This document shows positions 17,337 to 28,818 of a stretch of DNA of 64,000 nucleotides, in pieces; position 1 is the stretch's first letter, and each line of letters opens with the position of its first letter. The position numbers and the translations under genes are program-made. Source of the DNA: Clostridia bacterium (GTDB lineage Bacteria > Bacillota > Clostridia > Peptostreptococcales > Acidaminobacteraceae); contig DATFJG010000123.1 in NCBI GenBank assembly GCA_035269305.1, forward strand, positions 21,254-85,253, read 5' to 3'. A model generated the notes under the pieces. It saw only the letters and a program-made list of their open reading frames with translations. It was not told the DNA's origin and made no database searches.

Positions 17337-18075
17337 TGAAAACTTCTTAGAAGTTAAAAATCTGAATAAAAGTTATAGTGATGAAGCAATCTTAAAAAAT
17401 TTCTCTTTTCAGCTCAAGAAAAATGAAATTGTCTCAATTATTGGCCCGTCAGGTGCCGGTAAGTCAACATTTTTAAGAACCTTAAACTCATTAGAGCCAG
17501 TGACATCTGGTACTTTGATTTTTGATCATAAGACATATGATTTAAGTACAATAAGTAGTTATAAGAAAACCGAAATAAGGAAAAATATGAATATGGTTTT
17601 TCAACATTATAATTTATTTAATAATAAAACTATAATTCAGAACATTACTGAAGCACTACTCATAGTGCATAAATATAATCTTAAGGCTGCCACTAAAAAA
17701 GCTCTAGAAATGCTTGACCTTGTTGATTTAAAAGAAAAAGCCAATCAATACCCGCATCAACTATCCGGTGGTCAAAAACAAAGAATTGGTATTGCAAGAG
17801 CTTTAGCTGCTGATCCTAAAGTCATACTTTTTGATGAACCAACTTCTGCATTAGATCCTGAATTAATTGGGGAAGTTGTTAATATCATAAAAAAGACAGC
17901 AGCAAGACAATCAACAATGATTATTGTAACCCATGAAATGAGTTTAGCACGAGAAATATCAGATAGAATCATATTTATGGACCATGGCAATGTTATCGAA
18001 GAAGGGGCACCTGATGACTTGTTTCTTCATTCAAATAATAATCGCTTAAGACAATTTTTATCTCGCCTAAAATAA
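17326..18075 (+). CDS. Amino-acid ABC transporter ATP-binding protein
   Basis: Walker A GPSGAGKST, signature LSGGQKQR, Walker B ILFDEPTSALD. Confidence 0.9.
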   Translation: MSNNENFLEVKNLNKSYSDEAILKNFSFQLKKNEIVSIIGPSGAGKSTFLRTLNSLEPVTSGTLIFDHKTYDLSTISSYKKTEIRKNMNMVFQHYNLFNNKTIIQNITEALLIVHKYNLKAATKKALEMLDLVDLKEKANQYPHQLSGGQKQRIGIARALAADPKVILFDEPTSALDPELIGEVVNIIKKTAARQSTMIIVTHEMSLAREISDRIIFMDHGNVIEEGAPDDLFLHSNNNRLRQFLSRLK

Positions 18076-18082
18076 TTTTGAT

Positions 18083-18113
18083 AAAAAAATCCACTTTAAA
18101 AAGTGGATTTTTT
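18083..18113. terminator. Bidirectional intrinsic terminator
   Basis: AAAAAAATCCACTTT-aaa-AAGTGGATTTTTT lies between convergent genes. Confidence 0.8.
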
Positions 18114-20163
18114 AGTCTACATATTGTAATTTATACAAGTCATAATACATTTTTCCTTTTTCTATTAACTCATTATGTGTACCCATTTCCATGATTTTTC
18201 CTTGATGTAATACTATAATCTTATCTGCATTCTTTATTGTCGATAATCGATGGGCAACAATAATTGTTGTACGGCCTTTTATCAACTTTTCAATAGCATT
18301 TTGAATAAGTAGCTCTGTATGTGTATCAATATTTGATGTTGCTTCATCTAGTATTAAAATATCAGGATCAAAAGCTAATGCTCTTGCAAATGATAGTAGT
18401 TGCCTTTGACCAGTGGACAAAGTAGAACCTCTTTCTGTTACTTCTTGATCATATCCTTTTTCTAAACTAGTAATAAACTCATGAGCATTGACGTACTTCG
18501 ATACTTCTTTGATTTCTTTTAATGTGATATTTTTGTCATTTAATCTAATATTTCCCTTAATATCTCCAGCAAACAAGAAAACATCTTGTAAAACCATCCC
18601 AATATGTTTTCTTAAATCTTTTTTTCGAATGTCCTTAAGATCAATACCATCAACTGTGATTTTACCCCTTTGAATATCATAGAAACGATTAATAAGACTA
18701 GTAATCGTTGTCTTTCCAGAACCTGTTGCACCAACTAAAGCAACCGTTTCACCTGGATTTACTTCAAAATTAATATTTTTCAGAACATAATTTTCCTCTG
18801 TATCATATGAAAAAAAGACATCCTCAAAAGTAATTTTACCATTAACTCGCTCTGGTAGTTTTTTCTCATTAACAGGATTCTTTATTTCTATTGGTTCATC
18901 TAATAATATAAAAACACGTTCACTAGATGCCATAGCTGATTGAAATATATTGAATTTCTCTGCCAAATCGAATATGGGTCTAAAAAATTGATTTAGATAT
19001 TGAATAAAAGCCACTAAGACACCTAATTCAATGGCTTGATTAATTGACTGTCCGCCACCATACCATATTATTAATCCCAAAGAAATCGAATAAATCAGGT
19101 TCATACTTGGCTTAAATATAGCATATAATTTTGTTTCATTCAAAGACGCCTGAAAATATGATTCGTTGATTTTTTTAAACTCTTCATATATAAAGTTCTC
19201 ACGATTAAAAATTTGAATAATACTCATTCCATTAATATTCTCTGCAAGGGTTGCATTGATACGAGCCAATCGTTTTTTTACCTGTCTTTGAATCTTTCTA
19301 GCCTTAATTCTAAAAAAATAAGAAATGATAAGAACTATTGGCACTGTTGAAAATGCAACAAGTGCTAACTGAAAATTGATGGATAACATGACAATAATTG
19401 TACCAAATATTAAAAACAAATCTTTTAGGGTTGTTACCAATACAGTTGTGAATAGCTCCGCAATATTTTTCATATCATTTGTTACCCGTGTAACTAAACG
19501 ACCTACTGGATTATTATCAAAAAAACTTAGAGACAGATCTTGAATATGTTTAAATAGATCTGAACGTAAATCATAAATAATTTTTTGACTTGCATAATGT
19601 AATGTAATCATATTAATAAAAGAAAAAATATAATTTAATAGTAATAGTACTAGTAGTATTAGACCAATTTTTACTAAATCACTTTTATCATTTTCTCTAA
19701 ATAATTGATAGTCATCTTCTGTAATTTTTTCTACAGAAAAACTTTTACCATTACTGATAAGAGTATTATTTTTTAACTCATAATCCTTTTCTGAGTAGTT
19801 ATTGACTCTTCCCATGACTAGATAATATTGGTTATCATACCTTATTAGAGTATTATACTTATCATTTTTATTTCCTTCTACTTTTGATACTTTTGTATAA
19901 AACTGATCATTAACAGAAAAAGAATCTTCATTGATTGAATCTTCACTCACTACCATTGGTTCATTATATGCCGTAATATTTTCATCAATTGCAACTTTGG
20001 TTAAGTAAGGAACAGATAAGTCTATGCCCGTCATTAAAACAATTAGCACCAAGCAAAATAAAAACTTAAATAACTGAGGTTTAAGATATTTCCCAAGTCG
20101 CTTGACGATATCTAAATCAAAAGAACCAATGATTTCTTTCTCTTCATTTCGTTCAGTATCCAT
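18112..20163 (-). CDS. ABC exporter permease/ATPase fusion (heterodimer partner B) with enlarged first extracytoplasmic loop
   Basis: Type-I exporter TMD plus NBD (GATGSGKTT, LSTGQRQLL, ILILDEATS). About 115 aa lie between TM1 and TM2. Confidence 0.85.
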   Translation of the reverse strand: MDTERNEEKEIIGSFDLDIVKRLGKYLKPQLFKFLFCLVLIVLMTGIDLSVPYLTKVAIDENITAYNEPMVVSEDSINEDSFSVNDQFYTKVSKVEGNKNDKYNTLIRYDNQYYLVMGRVNNYSEKDYELKNNTLISNGKSFSVEKITEDDYQLFRENDKSDLVKIGLILLVLLLLNYIFSFINMITLHYASQKIIYDLRSDLFKHIQDLSLSFFDNNPVGRLVTRVTNDMKNIAELFTTVLVTTLKDLFLIFGTIIVMLSINFQLALVAFSTVPIVLIISYFFRIKARKIQRQVKKRLARINATLAENINGMSIIQIFNRENFIYEEFKKINESYFQASLNETKLYAIFKPSMNLIYSISLGLIIWYGGGQSINQAIELGVLVAFIQYLNQFFRPIFDLAEKFNIFQSAMASSERVFILLDEPIEIKNPVNEKKLPERVNGKITFEDVFFSYDTEENYVLKNINFEVNPGETVALVGATGSGKTTITSLINRFYDIQRGKITVDGIDLKDIRKKDLRKHIGMVLQDVFLFAGDIKGNIRLNDKNITLKEIKEVSKYVNAHEFITSLEKGYDQEVTERGSTLSTGQRQLLSFARALAFDPDILILDEATSNIDTHTELLIQNAIEKLIKGRTTIIVAHRLSTIKNADKIIVLHQGKIMEMGTHNELIEKGKMYYDLYKLQYVD

Positions 20164-21938
20164 TAGTTCCCTCCTTTTAGTTTTTCTTCTATTAATTGTT
20201 TCTGATATAAATCATAGTAATATCCCTTATCTTCTAATAAAGATTTATGGTTACCAGATTCTACTATTGAACCATGGTCTAAAACAATAATTTTGTCTGC
20301 ACTCTTAATTGTTGAAACACGATGAGCAATTATAATTGATGTTTTATCCTTTAACTCTTCAGCTAAATGATTTAGGATACTCTCTTCAGTTTTTGTATCA
20401 ACAGCTGATAAAGAGTCATCTAATATGATAATATCTGGATCTTTTGCTAATGCTCTAGCAATTGAAACACGTTGCTTTTGACCACCAGACATGTTCACAC
20501 CACGCTCACCTAATAGGGTTTGATAACTTCCTTCAAACTTAATAATTTCAGAGTGCACCATAGCAATTTTGCTAACTTTTTTTATATTATCAAATGAAAT
20601 TTTACTATTTGAAAAGCCAATATTTTCTTCAATAGATTTAGAAAATAAGAAATTGTCCTGTGGTACATAACCAATCATCTCTCTAATTTTTCTAATTGGT
20701 AACTCTAATAAATCATATTCATCAATTTTTATTTTCTCATCAGGTATATTGTATTGGCGAAGTAACAAATTAACTAAAGTTGTTTTACCACTTCCTGTTT
20801 TTCCTACTATGGCTAATGTTTCACCAGAATTCACACTTAAACTTATATTTTTTAAAGCGAACTCATTTGTATCAGGATATTTGAAGCTTAGATCTTTAAT
20901 TTCAATATTAGGTTTGATTATCTCATCATTTAGTTCTTCCTTTACCATAGGACCATCTTTTATTTCAGGTTCTGTATCTAAAATCTTATTTATTCTTTCA
21001 AGGGAAACTCTTCCCTGTTGTAATCGATGATAAACAAAACCTAAAGCCATCATAGGCCAAGTAAGCATACTTACATAACTTAGAAATGATACTAAGTTTC
21101 CAATAGTTATTTCATTATTAATAACTAAACTCCCACCATAAATCAGCGAAATTATTATACTAATCATAGTTATTAGAGATACTAAGGGAAAAACTAAGCC
21201 TTGAAGTTTTATTAAATCCATATTTTTATCAAAATTATTTTTATTACTTCGGTTAAACTTCTCTAATTCACTTGTCTCTTGAACAAAGGACTTAATGATA
21301 CGGATACCACCAAATGATTCTTGAACAACTTCACTCATTGTTGAGAATGCCTCTTGAACTGCTTTAAATTTTCTTCTCATTACTTTACTCAATAGTAATA
21401 CTAATATAGCTATAAATGGTAAAGGACTTAAAGCAATTAAAGTCAACCTAAAATCTATCCTTGTAATCATTAGAATAATTGTGATGATAGTCATAAATAG
21501 TGAATCAATAATCATAATTGTCCCACCACCAAATGCCATTCGAATCATAGAAATATCATTTGTACAATGGGCCATTAAGTCTCCTGTTTTATGATTATTG
21601 TAATAGTTTTGACTCATATTTTCTAAATGCCTAAAAACTTTGTTTCTAACATATTTTTCTAAGCGTTTAGAAATGCCTATGATATACATTCTCCAACCAA
21701 ATCTACCAACAGCAACAGCAATAGCAATTATTAAAACTAGAAAAACATACTTATAAATCATTCTCATCGTTAACAGCCCATCAGATAAAGCATCTGTAAA
21801 ATTACCAATAATTAAAGGTGTAATCATCTGTAAACCATCAACAAAAACTAATAATAAAATGCCTATGAAATAATTCCCTTTATTTTTCTTTAAAAAATCA
21901 ATAATATGTTTAAATAAATCTTTCATTAATATCTCCAT
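20163..21938 (-). CDS. ABC exporter permease/ATPase fusion (heterodimer partner A)
   Basis: TMD plus NBD (GKTGSGKTT, MSGGQKQR, IIILDDSLS). An alternative ATG at 21926 follows a GGAG SD. Confidence 0.85.
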   Translation of the reverse strand: MEILMKDLFKHIIDFLKKNKGNYFIGILLLVFVDGLQMITPLIIGNFTDALSDGLLTMRMIYKYVFLVLIIAIAVAVGRFGWRMYIIGISKRLEKYVRNKVFRHLENMSQNYYNNHKTGDLMAHCTNDISMIRMAFGGGTIMIIDSLFMTIITIILMITRIDFRLTLIALSPLPFIAILVLLLSKVMRRKFKAVQEAFSTMSEVVQESFGGIRIIKSFVQETSELEKFNRSNKNNFDKNMDLIKLQGLVFPLVSLITMISIIISLIYGGSLVINNEITIGNLVSFLSYVSMLTWPMMALGFVYHRLQQGRVSLERINKILDTEPEIKDGPMVKEELNDEIIKPNIEIKDLSFKYPDTNEFALKNISLSVNSGETLAIVGKTGSGKTTLVNLLLRQYNIPDEKIKIDEYDLLELPIRKIREMIGYVPQDNFLFSKSIEENIGFSNSKISFDNIKKVSKIAMVHSEIIKFEGSYQTLLGERGVNMSGGQKQRVSIARALAKDPDIIILDDSLSAVDTKTEESILNHLAEELKDKTSIIIAHRVSTIKSADKIIVLDHGSIVESGNHKSLLEDKGYYYDLYQKQLIEEKLKGGN

Positions 21939-21994
21939 CCTTTACAGTTAATATATATTCTATCTTATTTACTGCATATTAAAAAGTGAATTCT

Positions 21995-22029
21995 AAAAAA
22001 AAAATAACCTTCCTTAAATAGAAGGTTAT
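21995..22029 (-). terminator. Intrinsic terminator after MCP gene
   Basis: ATAACCTTC...GAAGGTTAT with a T-run on the minus strand. Confidence 0.7.
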
Positions 22030-22052
22030 AGTAATTATCAAAATTATTATTT

Positions 22053-24245
22053 TTATACTTTAAATTTATTAATTTCATCATTTAATTTAACTGCTAACTC
22101 ATTTAATCGTTCTGATTCAGCAGTTACATTGTTTACTGAGTTTTCCTGCTCTGTAGTGGATGCTGTAACTTCCTCAGCTGCTGCTGCTGTCTCTTCGGAT
22201 ACAGATGTAATACTATGAATAACATTAACTATTTGGTCTTTATTATCATCAATTTCCTTTACAAATTGATCAATGGTCTCAATGGCCTGAGTAATTTCAT
22301 TAACAATTTCAGAGTTTTCATCAAAAGCATTGTTCACGTTACTAACAGAATCATTTTGCAATTCATTATTGTTTTTTACATCTAATATTTTTTTAACAGT
22401 CTGATTACTGTCTTCTTGAATCGAGTTAATTATACTAGCAATTTGATCCGTCGAACTAGAAGTTTCTTCAGCTAACTTCCTAATTTCATCTGCTACAACT
22501 GCGAAACCTTTACCATGTTCACCAGCTCTTGCCGCCTCAATTGATGCATTTAGTGCTAATAAGTTAGTTTGAGATGCAATAGAATTGATTGTTTCTACTA
22601 TTACATTTATACTTTCAGATTTTTCATTTAAGTCATGAATTGAAGAACTTACATCTTGAATTGAGTCAGAATTTTCCTTACTTTTTTCTTCGAGTATATT
22701 AACTGCTTTTCTACTCTTGTTATTAATTTCTAGGGCTTTATGAGATTGATTTAAAATAGATTCTACATTTTGAACTAAAGCATTAATTTTATCCCCTAGT
22801 TGACTAGTCATTTGAGCCCCTTTATCAGTTTCAACAGCTTGATCTGTAGCACCTTCAGCAATTTCAGAAGATGCATGTGCAATCTCTTTCGCTGAACGCA
22901 ATGAAACTTCGGCAAATCCATCTAATGATCTAGCGGATGCTAATAGATCTTTAGCGAATTTTATATTATGCTCTATCAATTCACCAATATTTTCAGCCAT
23001 TAAATTCAAATTTTTACTTAGGTGCCCAATTTCATCCTTAGACTTATTGGTAGAACGTATAGATAAATTACCAGATGCCATTTCCTTAATTACTCCATTT
23101 AATGCTTCAATTGGTTTTGTAAATCTATTTGAAACAATAACTGTTAAGAAGATACCTATTAGTAATGAGACTAAAACCATTTGAATAGATTGAGTTCTCA
23201 GATCTACGAGAGAACCATATATATAACTTTTATCATAAGCTACTAACATATACTTATCAGTTACTTCATTATAATCTACATAGGCTAAAGTATTTTTCAT
23301 TTTATCTGTTGTTGAAGATTTATAATCTAATGATATAAAATCATTCTTATGTTTGATTGCTAATTCACTAAAATATTTATCACTTTTTAGATCTTTTAAT
23401 TGGTCTTTCTTTCCAATAAGCGCTGAATTTTCATGATAGTATATTGACCCATCACCATTAAAGACCATTGCATTACGATAATAAGAACGATTTAGATCAT
23501 CCATGGAAGCTTTAAATCTTATCAATGCTCTTGATTCTAAACTACTAACATTTTTTTCAACAACTTCAAATGCTTGAGCGCCAATAACAACTACATCTAA
23601 TGTTTCATCATAAATAGAATATACTCTGAAAGTCTTATTATTGATTTCAATAGAAGTATACAACTCACCATTAGTTAACGTCTCATTTAGAATCTCCTCT
23701 TTATTTGAACCCAATTTCAAATCATTAATAATTACTTCTCCAGTTGTATCTATTACAGAAAACTTCTGATCTATGTTTTCTGTTAGCTCATTAAACAACT
23801 CTACTTGTATAGCCTCTAAATTGATTTCTTCATTAATTTCTATTATATCTAATTGGTAAGAATAGGCATTATTAATAAGGTTTAAAAACAATAATGTCTT
23901 TTCCTTTAATTCTTCTTCAAATCGTTCATCTAAATTTTCTTTAGCAATATCTATTTGACTAAAATTGTTAGATAACAAATTGTTTTGACTTTCTGTTTCT
24001 TGGGTTAACAAGGCTCTAATATTTTCATCAATTTGCTTTTGTGTTAAGTCATAATTAATATAGCTTAAACCACTTACAATTAGTATAATTAAAACAGAAA
24101 TCAGTAAAATTAATTTTAATTTAATACTGTCTCTAAATCTAATTTCTCCTTTAGTTGCATCTTTTCTTCTCAAAAACTTATTTTTAAGTGATTTGTTCTT
24201 AAATAATTTATTTAAAAACTCTTTACTTTTCATAATATCCTCCAA
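22053..24245 (-). CDS. Methyl-accepting chemotaxis protein (large periplasmic sensor domain, HAMP)
   Basis: Contains the conserved signalling hairpin ([37 protein letters not shown]). ATG 24233 is a plausible true start. Confidence 0.9.
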   Translation of the reverse strand: MEDIMKSKEFLNKLFKNKSLKNKFLRRKDATKGEIRFRDSIKLKLILLISVLIILIVSGLSYINYDLTQKQIDENIRALLTQETESQNNLLSNNFSQIDIAKENLDERFEEELKEKTLLFLNLINNAYSYQLDIIEINEEINLEAIQVELFNELTENIDQKFSVIDTTGEVIINDLKLGSNKEEILNETLTNGELYTSIEINNKTFRVYSIYDETLDVVVIGAQAFEVVEKNVSSLESRALIRFKASMDDLNRSYYRNAMVFNGDGSIYYHENSALIGKKDQLKDLKSDKYFSELAIKHKNDFISLDYKSSTTDKMKNTLAYVDYNEVTDKYMLVAYDKSYIYGSLVDLRTQSIQMVLVSLLIGIFLTVIVSNRFTKPIEALNGVIKEMASGNLSIRSTNKSKDEIGHLSKNLNLMAENIGELIEHNIKFAKDLLASARSLDGFAEVSLRSAKEIAHASSEIAEGATDQAVETDKGAQMTSQLGDKINALVQNVESILNQSHKALEINNKSRKAVNILEEKSKENSDSIQDVSSSIHDLNEKSESINVIVETINSIASQTNLLALNASIEAARAGEHGKGFAVVADEIRKLAEETSSSTDQIASIINSIQEDSNQTVKKILDVKNNNELQNDSVSNVNNAFDENSEIVNEITQAIETIDQFVKEIDDNKDQIVNVIHSITSVSEETAAAAEEVTASTTEQENSVNNVTAESERLNELAVKLNDEINKFKV

Positions 24246-24354
24246 ATCTAATTCTTAGCTTATGTCAATTATATCATCCCATTAAAATCTTACAATGGAA
24301 ATACCTTACAAAAAAATTATATTTATGTTAAATAAATATAGTATTTGTTTATAA

Positions 24355-24392
24355 AATGAAAAAGGCTAATATGATTTACTATATTAGCCTTT
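24355..24392 (-). terminator. Intrinsic terminator after second MCP gene
   Basis: AAAGGCTAATAT...ATATTAGCCTTT followed by a T-run on the minus strand. Confidence 0.7.
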
Positions 24393-24451
24393 GTTTCGAT
24401 TTATTTATGAAATCTTACCTAGTGTAAAAATCTATCTATAATCGAATGTTA

Positions 24452-26227
24452 TTAAATATTGAATACTTGAATCTCTTTTTCTAATTTTTCCGACATATCC
24501 TTTAGATGGGAAACACTGTTAAATAAATATTCCATGTTTGACAACTGTTCCTCAGTGGAAGCAGAAACTTCTTCACTACTTGCAGAAATTTCTTCTGAAG
24601 CGGATGAAATACTATTAATATTGTCTTGAATATCATCTTTCTTCAGTTCTATATCTTCAACTGATAAGAAAATTTTATCAATAATACTAACAATAGATTC
24701 TATAGTTGTAGTTATACTTGAAAATATTTCTTCAGTCTCTTTAACAGCCAAACTGTTTTTATTTACTATTTCTTCGGTTTCAGTCATACTAGTAACTGCA
24801 CTTTTTGTAGAGTTAATAATCAACTGAACTTTTGAATTAATTTCGTTAGTTGAAACAGCTGTTTCTTCAGCTAGTTTTCTAATCTCATCAGCTACTACAG
24901 AAAACCCTTTACCTGCTTCTCCTGCTCTTGCTGCTTCAATAGAAGCATTCAGTGCCAATAGGTTTGTCTGTTCTGCTATACTACTAATTGTTTCAGTAAC
25001 ATCTTTAATCAACTTAGTATTCTCATCCATCTCTTTAATTGTTTGTCCAACACTTTTTGTACTTGTTAGTGTTTTTTTAGACCATTCTTCTAGCGCATTA
25101 ATCTTATTTTTACCCTTATCATTTAAATGATTAATGCTTTCAATTTTCTCATTTAATACTTTACTATTATCATATAGATTATCTACATCCATTGCTAATG
25201 CATCTATCTTTCTCACAGTATCTTCAGTATTTTCAGCTTGAGCTACAGTTGCTTGTGTGACTTCCTCAACTGCTGTTGCTATTTCTTTAGATGTTGATTT
25301 ATTATTCAAAGTTAACTCTTTCAGCTCAATCATTGAAGATTTTAATTCATTTGCACTCTTTTGTGAATAAGAAATAAAGTTATTCAGATGACTTTTCATA
25401 TGGTTGTAGAAAGATTTAAGCTCACCAATTTCATTTTTCTCATTTATTTCTAAATCTTCTCCAGTCAAATCATTATTTGCAATTTTTCCCATAGATTCTT
25501 TTACTCTAACAATCCCGACTGATAACCGTTTACTATATATAGTTGCAGATATTAAAATTAAAACCAATACAACTCCAAATATAATGCCAAAATAGATGAC
25601 TGATTTATTAATCTCGTTTTCAATTTTTGTATTCACTTGATCAACTGAAGCATCAATATTATCCACATAGTTGCCTGTACCGATAACCCAACCCCATGGC
25701 TCAAAATATTCTGTATAACCTCTTTTTTGACTTGCTTTGGTCTCTCCGGGTTTAGGGAAATAATAATCTACATATGTAGATCCATTTTCTACTGCACCAT
25801 CAACTAATTCTTTTATAAAATTTGTTTCATTTTGATCCTTTAAATTTCCTCTAAATTCTCCCTCTTGATCCGAATGTCCTGGAAATAATTGTAAAATATA
25901 TTCTTCATTATCAATCCAGAAATAACCAATATCATCTTTGCCATATCTCATCTCTCTTATGGATTTCTTAGCTTGGGCCTGCGCTTCTTCTAAAGATAAC
26001 TCGCCAGAAACATATAAACTATGATTTAATTCTAGTATTCCTTTAGCACCCTCTACTAAATTTTTAATTTTCTCATCATAGTCTAGTAGTAACTGTGTTT
26101 TGGTTTCATTTAAGGTTACATCTTTTACTGTATTGAGAGAGTATAGACTCATGATTCCTAAAGCACTAATAGATAAAACTGCTATAATAGTAATAATAAC
26201 AATTAATTGCATTTTAATTGATTTCAT
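24452..26227 (-). CDS. Methyl-accepting chemotaxis protein with Cache-type sensor domain
   Basis: Cache-like [10 protein letters not shown]...[10 protein letters not shown], a HAMP domain, and the MCP signalling motif [37 protein letters not shown]. Confidence 0.9.
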   Translation of the reverse strand: MKSIKMQLIVIITIIAVLSISALGIMSLYSLNTVKDVTLNETKTQLLLDYDEKIKNLVEGAKGILELNHSLYVSGELSLEEAQAQAKKSIREMRYGKDDIGYFWIDNEEYILQLFPGHSDQEGEFRGNLKDQNETNFIKELVDGAVENGSTYVDYYFPKPGETKASQKRGYTEYFEPWGWVIGTGNYVDNIDASVDQVNTKIENEINKSVIYFGIIFGVVLVLILISATIYSKRLSVGIVRVKESMGKIANNDLTGEDLEINEKNEIGELKSFYNHMKSHLNNFISYSQKSANELKSSMIELKELTLNNKSTSKEIATAVEEVTQATVAQAENTEDTVRKIDALAMDVDNLYDNSKVLNEKIESINHLNDKGKNKINALEEWSKKTLTSTKSVGQTIKEMDENTKLIKDVTETISSIAEQTNLLALNASIEAARAGEAGKGFSVVADEIRKLAEETAVSTNEINSKVQLIINSTKSAVTSMTETEEIVNKNSLAVKETEEIFSSITTTIESIVSIIDKIFLSVEDIELKKDDIQDNINSISSASEEISASSEEVSASTEEQLSNMEYLFNSVSHLKDMSEKLEKEIQVFNI

Positions 26228-26321
26228 AAAATACCCCTTCCATACTTAACTCATAAGTATATTATACCCTTACAACTTATGTTTAAACAATTCTCATAGA
26301 GTTATGTAATTTTTTTGTAAA

Positions 26322-26352
26322 GAAAAAGCGGCTTCACAGACTTTGTGAAACC
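26322..26352 (-). terminator. Intrinsic terminator ending the pan operon
   Basis: Minus strand GGTTTCACAA-agtc-TGTGAAGCC followed by GCTTTTTC. Confidence 0.65.
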
Positions 26353-26361
26353 ACTTATGAA

Positions 26362-26745
26362 TTAATACTTATTTCTCTTAATATCTTTTAATAATCGTTT
26401 TATATCTTTTGCTAATACATCCCTTGTTTTTTCTAAATCATTTTTGTAAATGTGAGTGTTCCAGCTAAGTTTCGCACTTTCTGGTACAAACATTATATCA
26501 ACATTTTCACCTAAAGTTACTAATATATCGATATCTTCAAATTCATTAATTTGTCCTATCTTATTATTTTTTAAATCTATACCAATATCTGACATTACTT
26601 TCAACATCTCTTTATTTAACTTTTTGCCCTTGGTTAAACCACTTGATAAAATTTCTAAATCTTGAAGATCATTGAATTTTTTAGCTAATCCTTGAGCTAT
26701 TTGAGAATATAAAGTATTATCATAATCAATAAACATTAGTTTCAT
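26362..26745 (-). CDS. LMW-PTP/ArsC-fold protein lacking the catalytic CX5R(S/T) loop (probable pseudoenzyme)
   Basis: Aligns from memory with B. subtilis ArsC/LMW-PTP. FLCTGNSCRSQMAEG is replaced by [15 protein letters not shown]. The downstream Cys and Asp positions are also lost. The ATG overlaps the panD TGA (ATGA). Confidence 0.6.
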   Translation of the reverse strand: MKLMFIDYDNTLYSQIAQGLAKKFNDLQDLEILSSGLTKGKKLNKEMLKVMSDIGIDLKNNKIGQINEFEDIDILVTLGENVDIMFVPESAKLSWNTHIYKNDLEKTRDVLAKDIKRLLKDIKRNKY

Positions 26746-27131
26746 TTAATCTCACCATGTTTTTCAACATTTGTCTTCTCTACAATTTTGTTATTTCCAT
26801 CAACAAAAATTACTGAAGGTTCAAAGGTTTTAGCTTCTTCAGGAGTCATATGTGCATAAGCAATAATAATTACTTGATCACCTGGTTGCACTCTTCTTGC
26901 AGCTGCACCATTTAGACAAACAACACCACTTCCTGCTTCACCTTTAATCGTATAGGTTTCAATTCTCTCCCCATTATTATTGTTTACAATTTGAACCTTT
27001 TCACCTGGTAATATATTTGCTTCTTCAAGTAAATTAGAATCTATTGTTATGCTGCCAACATAATTTAAATCAGCTTGTGTTACTGTTGCTCTATGAATCT
27101 TTCCTTTAAACATCGTGATATTCATAATCAT
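26742..27131 (-). CDS. panD: Aspartate 1-decarboxylase
   Basis: [25 protein letters not shown] with the self-processing G-S site. Confidence 0.95.
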   Translation of the reverse strand: MIMNITMFKGKIHRATVTQADLNYVGSITIDSNLLEEANILPGEKVQIVNNNNGERIETYTIKGEAGSGVVCLNGAAARRVQPGDQVIIIAYAHMTPEEAKTFEPSVIFVDGNNKIVEKTNVEKHGEIK

Positions 27132-27976
27132 CCCTCCACAATAATATTATCGATTAGTCTTGGTTTCCCAATTTTCACTGCTAACGCAATGACTACATCT
27201 CTATCAATTATTTCAATATTTTCTAAAGTTTTTGCATCTAGTATCTCTACATAATCTATTTCAGAATAAGGTATTTCATTGATTTTGTCAAGAATCTCTT
27301 CTCGAATCACCTTTTTATTCTTCTCTCCCTTTAGAATTCTTTCTTTTGCTTCTTTTAATGATTCATTCAATACCAAAGCATCTTTTCTTTCATTAGGTTC
27401 TAAGTAAGTATTTCTAGAACTCATAGCTAAACCATCTGATTCTCTTACAATTGGGCAATCAATAATTTCGACTGGTATGTTCAAATCATTTACCATTTTT
27501 TTAATAACCGCGACTTGTTGATAATCTTTACGCCCAAAGTATGCTTTACTTGGTCTAATAATATTAAATAGTTTGGTCACAACGGACATAACACCTTTAA
27601 AGTGTCCTTCTCTAGAGGCGCCACATAGTTTATTCGTTATATTACTCTCTGTAATAACATAAGTTGCGTAATTATCTTCATACATCTCATCAACACTTGG
27701 ATTAAATATATAATCGACACCTTCATTTTTACATAAGTTCTGATCTCTATTAATATCTCGAGGATAAGTTTCTAAATCCTCACCAGGACCAAACTGAGTT
27801 GGATTAACAAATATTGAAACAACAACGATATCATTGTTCTTGCGCGCTTCTTTAATTAAAGACAAATGGCCTTCATGAAGAAATCCCATGGTTGGCACTA
27901 AGGCAATGGATCTGTTCACTTTTCTTTCTAAATCTAATATATTTCTAATTTCATCTATCTTATCTATTGTTTTCAT
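27128..27976 (-). CDS. panC: Pantoate--beta-alanine ligase
   Basis: [13 protein letters not shown] (HIGH-like) and the overall PanC pattern. Confidence 0.95.
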   Translation of the reverse strand: MKTIDKIDEIRNILDLERKVNRSIALVPTMGFLHEGHLSLIKEARKNNDIVVVSIFVNPTQFGPGEDLETYPRDINRDQNLCKNEGVDYIFNPSVDEMYEDNYATYVITESNITNKLCGASREGHFKGVMSVVTKLFNIIRPSKAYFGRKDYQQVAVIKKMVNDLNIPVEIIDCPIVRESDGLAMSSRNTYLEPNERKDALVLNESLKEAKERILKGEKNKKVIREEILDKINEIPYSEIDYVEILDAKTLENIEIIDRDVVIALAVKIGKPRLIDNIIVEG

Positions 27977-27987
27977 CTAATCACTTC

Positions 27988-28818
27988 CTAATATAATTTA
28001 TTAATAACCTCTTCATCTATACTAAAAGTATGTTTTTCTTCAGGGAAGCTTTGATTTTTAACATCTTCAATATACTTTTCTATAGAAGAAGCCATCTCTT
28101 TATTCAACTCAGCATATTTTTTTACAAACTTAGGTGTGAAATCTGAATACATACCTAACATATCTTGAATAACAAGCACTTGACCATCACATTCTTTTCC
28201 TGCACCAATACCAATTGTTGGAATAGTAAGTTTTTCACTAATTATTTTGGCTAATTTTGAAGGGATCCCTTCTAATACAATGGCAAAGACACCAGATTTT
28301 TCTAATAACAATGCATCTTCTATCAACTTTTCAGCCGCTTCTATATCTTTTCCTTGAACTTTGAATCCCCCCATCATATTAACAGATTGAGGTGTTAATC
28401 CTAAATGTCCACAGACTGGTATTTGCGCCTTGATGATCCCTTCTATTTTATCAATTATATTACTTCCACCTTCAAGTTTAACAGCGTGTGCACCACCTTC
28501 TTGAATCATTCTCCCAGCATTCCTTATACTTTCTTCTACAGAAATATGATAACTTAGGAAAGGCATATCTGCTATTACTAATGCATGCTTTGTTCCACGT
28601 ACAACTGCTTTCGTATGATGAATAATATCATTAACAGTAACTTTTAACGTATCATCATATCCTAGCATCGTCATTCCCAAAGAATCACCAACTAAGATAC
28701 TTTCAATTCCTACAGTATCAACTAATTTGGCAGTTGAGTAATCATAAGCTGTTAACATAGTAATTTTTTCTTTTTTATTTTTCATCTCTAAAAAACTTTT
28801 AGTTGTTATCTTTTTCAT
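27988..28818 (-). CDS. panB: 3-methyl-2-oxobutanoate hydroxymethyltransferase
   Basis: MLTAYDY, VGDSLGM and KLEGG motifs. The internal ATG 28818 (MKKITTKSF...) is used. The track start 28884 adds a non-conserved 22-aa extension inside the upstream gene. Confidence 0.9.
   Translation of the reverse strand: MKKITTKSFLEMKNKKEKITMLTAYDYSTAKLVDTVGIESILVGDSLGMTMLGYDDTLKVTVNDIIHHTKAVVRGTKHALVIADMPFLSYHISVEESIRNAGRMIQEGGAHAVKLEGGSNIIDKIEGIIKAQIPVCGHLGLTPQSVNMMGGFKVQGKDIEAAEKLIEDALLLEKSGVFAIVLEGIPSKLAKIISEKLTIPTIGIGAGKECDGQVLVIQDMLGMYSDFTPKFVKKYAELNKEMASSIEKYIEDVKNQSFPEEKHTFSIDEEVINKLY

Noticed and set aside
26330-26352. Rex-like element TTCACA…TGTGAA
   Set aside because: Its orientation is the reverse of the Rex consensus (TTGTGAA-N4-TTCACAA). 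It is followed by a U-run at the end of the pan operon, so it is an ordinary terminator.
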